Notes under the pieces: model-generated | What the model was told of the DNA's origin: nothing | The model's input: the letters and a program-made list of their open reading frames with translations, nothing else | Database searches by the model: none | DNA from: Trichoplax adhaerens | Lineage: Eukaryota > Animalia > Placozoa | Assembly: GCF_000150275.1 (NCBI RefSeq) | Contig: NW_002060943.1 | Coordinates: 305,077-369,076 of the forward strand | Reading direction: 5' to 3' | Length of the DNA: 64,000 bases | Program-made: the position numbers and the translations under genes | Shown: in pieces, positions 13,538 to 26,220 of the stretch | Layout of the letters: the number at the start of each line of letters is the position of its first letter | How positions within the stretch are numbered: position 1 is the first letter of the stretch

Positions 13538-15603
13538 AGATACGATCTCGTATCAATTAACTGAGCAAACACTAACTACTTTGTTAAAGGATATGTAGGA
13601 GATGGTTGTTATTTGTAGTTTATGCTTGTTACATATTAGAAAGGCAACGTTTGTCAATTTAGTCCTTCTTAATGTAATAATGACAACATTTGTTATCCTT
13701 TAAATAATGATTAAAATAGAAATTGTAATTATTCGTAAATATCTTCGTTATAAAGCTTAAGTTGACACTGTCCTGCTTAACGTTGGTGGCTTCTGTTCGT
13801 AAACATACGTGATTGATTCAGAATACTGTATTCATTCAAAATCTTTTGCAGAATAGGCCACAGAAAGTTAGTACTGGAGATAATAACTGTTTATGTAATA
13901 TGAGCTTAAGATTTCTTATAAAATGCTTCAATCTTTTAGTGCCGTTATTATCTGCTTTACTATGCTTTACAAAGATCAAACAAAATTTAGACGATAGTCA
14001 TGAAATTTACACTGTCAAGTGTAGCATTCTATACTTTTTGTTCTGTTTCACAACTTCTGAATGTCTAATATCGAATGCAATGTTATAAGATAATATTTAT
14101 ATTAGCTAGCATCAGTGGAGTTCAGGATTTTGTAGTTTCATGTAATTAATTACGAAACCATATTTTTTTTCATAACACTGTAAGCGGTTGATTAATCATC
14201 ACTATGATAAGAATGACGTATTGTAAATCACATTTAGAATGATGAACTAATTAATGTATGCCTTCATTGTGCTTGTCTACTGATAAATGCGTACTTCGTT
14301 TCTTAGCTTATGCAGGATTATAGTATATCTGTGAAATTTTAGAATCACCGATTAATACTTCATTTCTACGAGAATTATCTTATTCTAAAATACTTGACAT
14401 TGCCTCATACCTGTGCTAGTAACAATAAAGCGAAGTGCTGCCGAATGGGTAATTTGTCAACTTCTTTTACGTTTACAGATGCATTTTTGTTCATACGTGT
14501 ATTTGAGTCTGAGAATTAATCAATTAATTATACTGTACAGCACGCGTTATTAGCAACTAACAAGAGTACACTGTACACTGTTCTGCACATTGTAGTATAG
14601 CAATTGCTATCGTGAATTCTTGGCCATTTTTGAATCAATCTAATATTTTACGCGTTGAGTAAGCACCACATGTATGTATTTAATGCAGTTAACATTAATT
14701 GAGCTAAAGGAGGTATATACTAACTATCGTCATAAATATAGCAATGGTAATTTATGCAAGATGTGCCCGAATAGGTTCTGTACTTTAATTGCAGACGATT
14801 GATAAGAAGTAAATGATGACGTAAGTTCGTAATGTAGAAGCGTAAGATCGAGGTCATCGGAGAGCACTGCTATACGCAGTTACAAGTATACATCTGCAGT
14901 ATCGCTTCATTGCCAAAAGGTTACCCTGTGTATTTATCACTGATGTTGATTCTCTTCAACATATTTAGCATACTCGTTCAATGCGATAAATAAGTCCATT
15001 CCGTAGAAATATACAAATTTAATCTGAGAATACTTCATTAAGAAGACCAATTAATATACAAGTTTTTATCATAAATGAAACCTTACTGCTATTAAATAAT
15101 ATGATATTCTAGCTGCTTTGGATAATGCCGCAGTAGTAATCACTTTGAAAGATAGTTATATATTCTTTGGTAGTATAGTAGCAACAAATTCACAAAAAAC
15201 AATTTAAATGAATCTTAACCAGATAAGTGTCAAATACACACCAAAGGTAATTTATCATAGTCTACGAAGTTCGGGAATCGATACACAAGCTACGAGTCTA
15301 CTTTTACAGATACTTTTAAAATTTTTTCTTTAGTGTCATTAAAATGATTAACCGCTATATGTTTTTAAATTATATACCAGTTTCAGGAATTTTATGATAC
15401 AAAGTTAAATGTTGTGTATACGTGTACTGGGCCTATATAGATATTATAGAGACTTACTTATACGCGTATATACTCATCTGTTAATAGGTGTCTGGTTGTC
15501 ATGCCAGACTAAAATGAACCTTTTGCTAAACTGACTTACTTTATGGGTTTATAAAGTACAGTTTTAGCCTTACGCAATAACGGTTGCAAGTACTTGCAAT
15601 CAT

Positions 15604-16315
15604 TTACCTGAAGGCTAATCTATAAGTGTTTACTTGAGTTATTTGTTGAGTTGTAGTTCTAAATGTATTATTTTGCTGTTTTTGACGACTGGTGTAGTAG
15701 TTCTTCATATCCCAAGTGCCCGTATATGATCCCCAAACAGATTCCTTACGTTTTGGTATCCCTGCGAGCAAATGGCCGTTATTATTCGCGATAATTCTCG
15801 TATAGCCATTTAAGCTTCTTGGTTTCTATATTTATAAAACGTTAATATTTTAAACTTTTTTAAAATAATTAACTTTACTCGTAAGAGTATCTGGATAACT
15901 GAAAGTATACCTTTTTGTATTGCTTAGGAATTTCCCAGTTTCTTAATCTTCCTGGTGAATAAGCATTTTCAAACTATTTGACAATAATAATGCATTTGTA
16001 TTAGAATCATTTATTTCTATCGTCAGATGTTTTCGCCATTATGAAATATATGTATAGTCGTGAAATAGTATAACTATATTGGCATATTTGTTATTTTTAA
16101 TCATGTAAATGGGGTCATGAAATATTAGCTCTACAATTTACACGATTTTTCAACAGAATAATTACACTAAGATAATGATCGCTATCTATTTTTCCCTAAT
16201 ACATCGATTGAAAAAATGATAAAATGATGTACGTCATTACAACCCAATACAATTACGGGAACTATATGAGATTATCTTCATAGATTACCTGGTTAGCATG
16301 AAATGTTAGCGACAT
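15604..16315 (-). CDS. CFAP126: Flattop / cilia- and flagella-associated protein 126 (3' end uncertain)
   Basis: Exons 16315-16289 (MSLTFHANQ), 15973-15911 (FENAYSPGRLRNWEIPKQYKK) and 15825 onward (KPRSLNGYTRIIANNNGHLLAGIPKRKESVWGSYTGTWDM). These match human MATNYSANQYEKAFSSKYLQNW...GYTQIIANDRGHLLPSVPRSKANPWGSFMGTWQM. Ends at TAA 15606-15604 unless it splices further. Confidence 0.9.
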
Positions 16316-16836
16316 CGTTTGCTTTTTTGCGATTTTTCCGGTGATGTATATCGATATACAAATGTAATATTAGCGATCGGTTGATTTTGACAATGATTGT
16401 AGTCAAGATGGATGAAGGTCTGTGTTGATTGAAATAATTGCCAACGTTGATATTTGCTAATAAATTAGTCTATGAATGCAATTATTATCGCGTTCTACCA
16501 GAAAAACTAAAATATAAAAAAAATGAAAAAATGAAGGCTAAAGCAAAATTGCACGACGGGCGCGGACTTCCGACAGTCCGAGCTGATGATCTGTAGTGTC
16601 TGTAGTGAAGGTATGCAAATATTGCACTAGCTCAAATTAGAAAGTCAATTTCAAAGATATATAGTATTAAGCATGATATACTGTAGTTAAGCATTAGTTT
16701 TAGAGTAGTATACAGAGCAGCATATTGTATAAACAAGCTCTTCAATAAGTAACAAGTGTAGGGATTGATTGCTTTTCCTAGCGTAGCATGTCGGAACTAG
16801 CGCGGTGCATCAGACAGTCCATTACCGAATGACACT

Positions 16837-16850
16837 GTTGTCATAGTAAC
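16837..16850. promoter_or_regulatory. RFX X-box GTTGTCATAGTAAC
   Basis: Exact match to GTHNYYATRRNAAC, about 520 bp upstream of the ATG of the ciliary gene CFAP126. Confidence 0.7.
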
Positions 16851-17824
16851 AGCGTTCCTTGTAGACATCTTTAATTATCTTACAGATTATAAACGATGCA
16901 ATAATAACCAGCAGGGGAGCCATTAGAACCATTATAATAATAGGATCATACAGTACATTTTATTTTTTAGTAGGTAGAAGCGCCAATTATAATTAATTAA
17001 TAATGCAGTTTAATCAATGCAGTAGTAGTATAGAAAGAGGAAAAATATTATTCTCTTCAATCTTGAGAAATTATCTTTATAAGAATTACAAGTAACGTGT
17101 ATAATATACAGTAGTATACAAGTGTACAATGTACATGTACACCGGTATTAGCTAGATGTATTAGGTAAACGTAGCAAATAGGGTAAGTTGGTTCCTTTAC
17201 ATGAAGGGATCAGCTGGATTAAACAACTAAATTCAATATTTAAAATTAGCGAAATAGACTAGTCAGTGACTCCGTGCTCGTATATAGTATATAGTGCTAA
17301 TTGTGGCGTATTGCGTTAAATTCTAGTCTACTATACACTATACTGTACAGTCAACTACCCATACTAATCTTGACCAGATACTGAATAGGGTAAGTTAGCA
17401 CTTTGTTTTTTTCTTACCTCTATGTTCTAGACAAAGTTGTTGTACTGTACTTATACAGTGCTCACTCAATAGTTAAAAAAAATGACGGCGTATATACTGT
17501 ACTCTTATACAGTATTCTATGTTGAAATTAAATGCAGTTAATCGGGTAATGACTTCATTACCCAGTACGACCACAGACGACTCAATAAAGATTATCCCGT
17601 AGCAAAGTTATTGTATTTGCTGCTTGTTGACCTACTATTCGAGGCACCTATCGAAATAGGGACACAAATAGACCTAGCCCGTATTACAGACAGAACTGCT
17701 ATAAAATGCGTATGTTCATAGTTACATTACACCAGGTTTTTTTGGTCAATTACTGTAGTACAGTTGATTATGACATGCGCTGGTAATACAGTATTTTCGT
17801 CTTACGCAAACCCAACTTTGAATG

Positions 17825-18219
17825 CTATCCTGTTGCTCTACTAGATGAAGTGGCAGAGTGGTATATATTTTACAAGATTGATGAACAGAATCTTCAAAAT
17901 TTTTATCGTTACATGCATAATCGTATATGCTGTATACACGATATGCGAATGCAGCTGGTAGGGATTTGTATACGCATTGCTGGACTATTGACCCTATGTT
18001 TACGTTCTATAGTGTTCTATCCTGTTGCTGTACCAGATGAAGTGGTAGAATGGTATATTTTGCAAGAATTGATGAACAGAATCTTCAAAATTTTTATTGT
18101 GACATGCATAATCGTATATACTGTACTTGCACTGTATAACACGATATGCGAATGCAGCTGGTAGGGATTTGTACACGCATTGCTGTACTATTGACCCTAT
18201 GTTTACGTTCTATAGTGTT
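17825..18219. repeat. Two-copy diverged tandem duplication (~192-203 bp)
   Basis: CTATCCTGTTGCT...CCCTATGTTTACGTTCTATAGTGTT starts at 17825 and 18017. Confidence 0.9.
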
Positions 18220-18716
18220 TCTATATATATATAACGACCGCCTTGTTCGATGAAGTCCAAATTATGCTTTCAACATGTAGTTGATGTTCAAATTGCCACA
18301 TTCTATAATCATAATTGCTGATCTCCGTCTTTCCGTTTTCATCGATTTTTGCAGTCCACCGTCGCCTTTTTAATACTGTACTGTAGCATGGAATACTACT
18401 ACTACTACTCATAATTAATTCATTCAATTTAGGAATTATCGTCTGTGTACACTGTACAGTATGCTATGATTAAAAACATTCTTTATGCGTACTGTACTCT
18501 TTCTCTGATGATTTACAGTATCTCTATCTTACGGACCGCGACAGCAATAGAGGGTCTAGTACTGTACATTTAAATATTGTTCAAACATTTTATTTGAAAT
18601 GGAAACTCGATGAAATTACGATCGATCTTTTCCATTCACATTGCAAAGTAAAATTTTATTTTAGAACAGGATACCAGCGACACTGATATTACAGCTTGAA
18701 ACTGGATTTTGTTTGA

Positions 18717-19597
18717 CCAGGGGACTTGTGAGGCTGTCTCTGAACTCTCTGCTTCAACCTACTGGATTTGACTCGCGATAGCAGACTGATGTCACAAGCC
18801 GTGACACACCACCCGTAAAACAATCAGGGGACTTGTCAGGCTGTCTCTGAACTCTCTGCTTCAACCTACTGGATTTGACCCGCGATAGCAGACTGATGTC
18901 ACAAGCAGTGACACACCACCCGTAAAACAACCAGGGGACTTGTCAGGCTGTCTCTGAACTCTCTGCTTCAACCTACTGGATTTGACTCGCGATAGCAGAA
19001 TGTCACAAGCCGTGACACACCACCCGTAAAACAACCAGGGGACTTGTCAGGCTGTCTCTGAACTCTCTGCTTCAACCTACTGGATTTGACCCGCGATAGC
19101 AGACTGATGTCACAAGCAGTGACACACCACCCGTAAAACAACCAGGGGACTTGTCAGGCTGTCTCTGAACTCTCTGCTTCAACCTACTGGATTTGACTCG
19201 CGATAGCAGACTGATGTCACAAGCAGTGACACACCACCCGTAAAACAACCAGGGGACTTGTCAGGCTGTCTCTGAACTCGCTGCTTCAACCTACTGTAGT
19301 TTGACCTACTACTGTATTTGACTTGCGATAGCAGACTGATGTCACAAGCCGTGACACACCACCCGTAAAACAACCAGGGGACTTGTCAGGCTGTCTCTGA
19401 ACTCGCTGCTTCAACCTACTGTAGTTTGACCTACTACTGTATTTGACCTGCGATAGCAGACTGATATCACAAGCCGTGACACACCACCCGTAAAACAACC
19501 AGGGAACTTGTCAGGCTGTCTCTGAACTCTCTGCTTCAACCTACTGGATTTGACCCGCGATAGCAGACTGATGTCACAAGCAGTGACACACCACCCG
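18717..19597. repeat. Minisatellite, eight units of 107 bp (variants of 104 and 125 bp)
   Basis: Unit starts at 18717, 18824, 18931, 19035, 19142, 19249, 19374 and 19499. Confidence 0.95.
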
Positions 19598-19814
19598 ACC
19601 CGACCTGCGCAGTACCGACAGCATTGAAGGACTTTTTCACTGAGAAATTAAATCAATTTGGCCGACTTGGTAGACTGCTAAGAAAAAGGAAAATGGAGAA
19701 GAGGAGAATCGCCGAGAGTCATTTAGAAACTACCATCAAATTCGATTAAGAGTATACTGTTAGTGGTGATTGATTAGCTTATGCTATAATATCTATTGTT
19801 GGATTGGCTGAAGA

Positions 19815-22800
19815 ATGAGCGAACACTGCCCTCGTAGTCGTCAAAGTAAACAGAAATACAGAAATGCTACCAAATACGAGCTTCAATCACAACGTTGGGT
19901 AAGACAACGTAGAAAAAAGATTTTCTTCTCGATCGGTGTGCAACGAAATTGCTCTAGCGTAACCGCATGATTTTATCATGAATAGACTGGTATCTGCTAT
20001 GGCAGGATTACAGTAGCATTAATACTACTAGTACTCGTAACAGACTGTATGGAGCAGCTCCAGTGTATACTGTATCATCATGGAGAATTGGAGAGAATGA
20101 AATTTTGTAATGCCAAGGTTGATATTGAGTTTGACAATGCATGGAAGGATACCACTCATACACTATCGTCTGCTGTACTATAGTATGCACATCGAAATCA
20201 TGCCCTAATCCATAGGCTAAATGAATGTACTTGAATAGGTTATTTAGTATTCTGTAATAAGAATGGAATGAGAGCATAATGGAAATGGTCAATGAGTGAT
20301 ATTAATAATTCATTTACACGACTTGTAAGTCAGTTTGGGTAGTAGTACAGTATAGACCAACGTTTGCCCTAAGCAATAATGCTGAATCGAATAAAACTAG
20401 ACAATCAGATACGCCATAGTCGGATATTGTTGTAGGAGTATTGATGTAAATGATTCAATGAATTGGACCATAGGTAATCAATCATACATCATATGCTGAG
20501 AAACTTTAGGCAAGACTCTAACGTCTTGGCAACAGCATGATCAATATATAATCAATAGGACGTAGTTTGATCGTTCAAGTCAAGCATCAGCGCTCATTGA
20601 AATGGTCGACGATCATCATATTGATCAATTTACTGTATCGAATTAATATTTCGATTGAATTTGTCATGGAGATAAAATAATTCGAGCCACAGATACCATT
20701 GTTCTATCAATTTTATAGTTAGTTAACTTAAGGATGAAATTAAAATTGCAATTGCAATAAATACTTTTTTTATTCTATTCCTTTCCTAGATTGAGCCTGC
20801 ACTATACTCCTGCCAACTGGCCAAATCTGACAAACCATTTCTCCCAATACCTCTAGCGGAAGCTCGCTCCGGCAAAGGTTGAGCATGACTGTAAATTGTA
20901 GATGGGATCCATAATGCATCTCAAGCTATAAAATTATTGTAATTATCAAACAGTTAAGTGCAATGTTTTACTGCCTTTACCTACACCCGCAACAATCCCC
21001 ATCACTGCAATGTGTTTTCTTTAACTTAAGATTAGAAATTGGCCTTTTAGCTAATAAAGCTTGCAAAAGTTGCAGATTTTTTTTGTCCAGCATTGATATA
21101 CAGTACATTAAATATTTTCTATTATAAATTGATCCCTTTCATATTGTAATCTTATATATTTTACAGCAACAAGGCCTGTAAGAATTTATGCTAATGGAGT
21201 TTTCGATGTGTTTCACATTGGTCATATGAATGCACTAAAACAAGCCAAGAATTTCTTTCCGAATGTTTATTTAATGGTTGGAGGTAAATTTTCCCAACTA
21301 AAAGTTATTAATGATAAACAAATAGATGTTATGTAAATGATTACTATTTATGCTGCGGTGATTTATTTTAATATATTAGATCAGTTTAAGCCTTAATGAA
21401 TTGATGAAAGATAATAATACCCTGTTGTACTGTATGGCTTAGACGAAAAGCGCCATCATTGACAGGATAAATTTATAAAATTATTCTTTAGTGTTAAACA
21501 TACTTTTATGATTGACGATTGTAAGCGAAATTATAGGCTCTTTGGATTGTACAGTATACGCCGGCCAAAAGGGCCTATATTTTTACCTGTCATTATACGG
21601 TATATCCAATATTCTGGCGTAAGACTATTTTAAAGTATTTATGCTCTTGCTTTGCATAAGCTTGTCATTTCTGGAGTTTGAAGCTCATTCCAACATCTTG
21701 ACTTGTATCGTATCAGACGATCTCGTGCAGTATATGTAGATATTTCTTGACGGGAGATTTTAAAGAAATTGAAATATAAATACAGGCAATCCAAAATTGC
21801 CTTCCAAGATTTTATCAATAAATTGTCCGTAGTCTACTAAATTCATTTCTGGCAAATTTCTGCTCTAGTCGGTATGTTGCAGACTTTCTAGTTTTTCGCA
21901 GTTTCTATGTAATGTGAGTTATATATAGATGACTTTATCTGCCAAATTTCATGGTATATCATTATTCAAGTAGAGTACGTATGTTTATATTGTAGGCTAT
22001 GCTTCGATGTGTCTTGTCATTCATGATTCCGACTAGATCAAAAAAAGTAATTACGCATATTCTTACAAATTCTTTAGTCTACAACGACAATATAGCACAC
22101 TACAAGAAGGGATTTACCGTCTTGACACAAAGCGAACGTTATGAATCATTAATTCATTGTCGCTATGTTGATGAAGTGGTCACTGATGCACCATTGGCAG
22201 TGACGCCAGAATTTATGGAAGAATATCATGTAGGCATTGGATTAGCTCTAAATATGCAAATGATCATGATACCTATTCGTAGACACGAAGAAGAGAGCAT
22301 AAGTTGAAATCTGTATCTCATTTTTACATATCTAGATTGATTTTGTAGCAAATGATGGTCGCAAAGCCGGTCATTCCAAAGATGTATATAAAGACATAAA
22401 AGCTATGGGAAGATTTATTCCTACCGAGTCTACTTCAGGGATATCAACCTCGGAGATAATAGCCAAGGTTACTCGAAATTACGATATTTATGTAAGAAGA
22501 AATTTGCGTCGCGGTTATTCAAGGAAAGATTTAAATGTTGGTCTTGTAAAGGTACTATCAATCGATTTTTATTGAAGATGTTAATTATGATTGCATGGGA
22601 TCTTCTAATTGATATTATCAACTTTGTTTACGGAAAATTGAATACAGAAAACGCACTACGAAATTCAAGATGCTATTGGTGAATTACATGAGATGGTAAA
22701 AAATGTTGAAGATCAATCTCAACTACTTTTACAAATGGTTGAGGGACGATCGTATGAGTTTTGCAAACGGTTAGCAGATATATCTGCGAATTTTCGTGAA

Positions 22801-22884
22801 AATTGGAATGGAAAGCTACCTGAATCCAAGGAGGGTCGCTCGAAATTTTATGAACTCGATGAAGGTTGGTATGAATTTGTGTAA
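19815..22884 (+). CDS. Divergent CCT paralog (copy B) with active-site substitutions and a truncated C-terminus
   Basis: Exons 19815-19898 (inferred first exon, phase 0), 20790-20877, 21167-21283, 22078-22229, 22336-22551, 22648-22884 (or splicing to 22958 and stopping at once). Core intron positions match copy A. Motifs [47 protein letters not shown]. Confidence 0.88.
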
Positions 22885-25064
22885 GGAAATCAGTATGCTG
22901 CTATGAAATTATAAATTGCTATTTCTATCTGATACACCCTTTTGCTCTTGTTTGTAGGTAAAAATATGAAATAACAGTAGAGAAATAAGATAGCAAGGCT
23001 CAATTGACTCTATCGTCTGCTGTAAAATACCTTCATGCCAACGAAGGAAATAGTAATGAATCACGAAATGAAAGCGATGATATGCTTGCAAGATGCATTA
23101 CTAATAGTACTAATTATATAATTAAAGCAAATACTCGTAGATAAACTGATCATGTATCGACGGCAGGTTATGTTATATTCTGCCAATATTTTTAATACTT
23201 AATGGGTGACGCTATTGTCACTAACGATGAATGTGCTTACGAGAAGGTTTTACATTTATAGTTCGGCAGTCATAGTGTATGGCATAAATGACGTTTATCA
23301 TATAACCAACTTAATTGAATTGTTTGATCTCCATTATCTTCCGCATACCTACGCGTATAAGGCCAGAATATGGCCTAATTATTCATTTTCAATCTAAATT
23401 TTATTTATACCACTCCTTAAATAAATGGTTGATAGATTTTATAGCATGGATGTAAAACAGAAGATTAAATCCAAATTTTTTAATGTTGATAATACGATCA
23501 TATTACGATCATACATGCTCTTGTCTATAGAATGTGTGGCAGATGTCACAATCATGTCGGTTTTCATCACTGTACTCTACTTCGCCGTTATAGCTTATTG
23601 TGGCGATAGCTTAAAATAGATAGATCAATGTAATTAAGAATATACATTTTCTAGTGCACCTTCATAGTGCTGTCTTGGAATGGCATACTAGTACTAATAT
23701 CTTATTATAGGTAGTGGTTTATATTTGCAATATTGCTATATGTGATAGCATCCGTAAATATTTATTGAATCTGAAATGAGGCATATCTATTAGAAATTAT
23801 TGTAAAACAATTATGAAAAATAATCAGCAATCAATTAAAGTGTATATGTATGACGTAATTTTATTTCTATGTTATCTGTATATATAAGCTATGCAAGGTA
23901 ACAAATGATTTGTTGATGTAAATACTTATCCTGTACAATGTACAGCATATCACGGATATCCACCTATTATTAAAGTTCAATTTGTTACCAACCTCCAATG
24001 TTGTCCTTAATTTGTTATCGTAATTGTCTTCGCCAGTATGGGTAGCTTGCTGAATGCTTGGCATTACATTATTAATAGAAATCTTGCATTATTATTTTCT
24101 CATCATTTCTAATTTGATTATAAAGTACTGACACTATCAAGGTACATGTTATATTTATGTGGCCATATATCAATAAGTAGTGATCACATCTGCCAGCCAA
24201 TGCCTTGACATTTTCTATTCATCTGAGGATGCAGAACTTAGTTATGAATATGTTGCAAACGGTAATCTTTGTACTCTTATTGCATGCACTTCGTTTTGCT
24301 GTACTGTATTATTAAATATGTAAGAGTAAATAGCATGGGTGAAGGAAAATTCAAGAGCTATTCTGTGACAGCTGAGCCATCCCATTGAGATTGTGATAGT
24401 GAGTATACCAATGTATGATGTATGTTTAAGGAGAATTTGCTAAGTAATCAGATCCGTACCAATTTGAATTCCCTATTTTTCGATTCAGGTTTAATTAATT
24501 TAAATTGCTAGCAGGTTTTGATGCAGAACAATTCAATATTACAGAGGCTTTATTTATCCTGTATGCAACGATGCATGTACATTAAAATACAGTACTATAA
24601 ACCTTTTTAATTATTTGGTAACTCATTTACTTTCAAAGTGGTCTGAATATAGAAAATTTTAAAATGAAAAAGATTTGAATTTAATTTGAAGATTAAGCAA
24701 ATAAAGTATTCATGCTATCATCCCTGTAGCTGTCAAAGATAGCATCATACCATAAGATAAATTACGTCTAGCTAGTCACAGTATACTTATATCGTATGAG
24801 CGCAGTTTACTTAATCTGAGACAGCTAGCTTGGACGCGTTGTTCTATGCGTAAGTTTTTGTTATTTCTAGGTATAAGCATAAACAGTATTATCGAGGTCT
24901 CCATTGCAGCGCAGAAAAAGCTATGACACTATTGTGCACACATACGTACGCGTATAATTATATCTTATATACTGTAACTGGCAATGATTGTATTACTTTT
25001 TTATCCAATAATTTCATGATGTATAATTTAATCTACAAATTTGATGCAGTTACTGTAGGCAAGG

Positions 25065-25292
25065 TTATTTATTTTTAGTTGATGTAATGCTTGTATCTGC
25101 AACTTCAGTGTCGGGTCTGATGCTTTCGGTCATTATTCGACTAAGAGGTCGTTCCTCTATACCAAATATGGCTGTTGTAATAGTTGGTCCATACCATCCA
25201 ATAATCATTCCAAGACAGCCTAGCGCAAACCGTTGAGTTCTTGGTAATTTCTTCCAGCTGTTCCAAAAATCAGCTATAGGATTGAAAGCCAT
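25065..25292 (-). CDS. Putative 75-aa single-pass membrane microprotein
   Basis: ATG in good context (ACCATGG). Amphipathic/basic N-terminus (FWNSWKKLPRTQR), Gly-rich hydrophobic segment (FALGCLGMIIGWYGPTITTAIFG). Head-to-head with COPS9. Confidence 0.55.
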   Translation of the reverse strand: MAFNPIADFWNSWKKLPRTQRFALGCLGMIIGWYGPTITTAIFGIEERPLSRIMTESIRPDTEVADTSITSTKNK

Positions 25293-26220
25293 GGTACGTT
25301 GTTCTATGTTTCGGGTAGCTAAACTGTATTCATTAATTTATAAAGTCTACTTATAGTCTATGCAGCAAGACACAATGTCCTCTATCCTGTCTCACTATCT
25401 GCAATCTTTGCCAATCAACGAAATACTGCACCGCTTTTATGTATCAAGTTTAGAGCGAAAGATACCTTCAACTTTGATGTTACCAAATAAGAATTTAGCA
25501 GTAGACCAGCACAGCAATCAATGCAATGCAGCTTATAATACAATCGAATGCGCTCGTATGGAAAAGGCGAATCCAATTGCGAGCAATAACCGTCTAATAA
25601 GGGGAAGGACGTCTAGAGCTTTCAGGATAGGAAGGAGGAATAGGCAGAGTTGAAGTTTTGGATAGTCGCTTTACCGGTTGCACACCGCGGAGTTGGAATT
25701 GTATGGACTACGAGATACATTTAGTGCATCAAAGTACCGTCCAGTATGGCTGTAGAAGAGACCACTGGAAGAATACTAAGACGGACAGACACCTGGCCTC
25801 ATTTCGTCAATCAATTCTGTTTATCCCATTAGTATGCAGACAGTCGATTCTAAATTGAGTGATTTTTTTCTAAATTAAGTAATATTACATTGGATGCCAT
25901 TGCCTATTGTTAAGTTCTACTTGCAAGCAGTAACTTTGTATCATAAACGTTATTTCAATTACTACAAGAGAGTTCGAAAACAGACACGGAAGATCGATAC
26001 TGAATAGCTATTTTTCGAGATCGTCTGGATTGTCCGTCTTTCCGAGGAGAGTGTCTAGTCCAGGTCTATTTCTAGTGGTCCGTGTAGTACTATGACAGTA
26101 TTGGATAGAGTAGTTGCTGGGCAACGTACCGTCCGTATCCCCGGCCGAGCAGTCTTCATCAATCCGTCAGAAGTAAAGTAATCCATTAATTCATTTCCCA
26201 ATCCAAGCTGCATAGCTAAC

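Noticed and set aside
13860-15570. Exon-like minus-strand segments downstream of CFAP126
   Set aside because: Some have good splice signals, but I could not chain them into a consistent frame or recognise a protein; RNA-seq is needed.
18717-19597. Regular repeats (also 4348-5167, 42876-43831, 49160-49540) as CRISPR arrays
   Set aside because: Units repeat end to end with no unique spacers, there are no cas genes, and the context is eukaryotic.
23425-24370. Possible small plus-strand gene (hydrophobic stretch plus exon-like pieces at ~24181-24261 and ~24334-24368)
   Set aside because: No consistent start-to-stop splice model and no recognisable homology.
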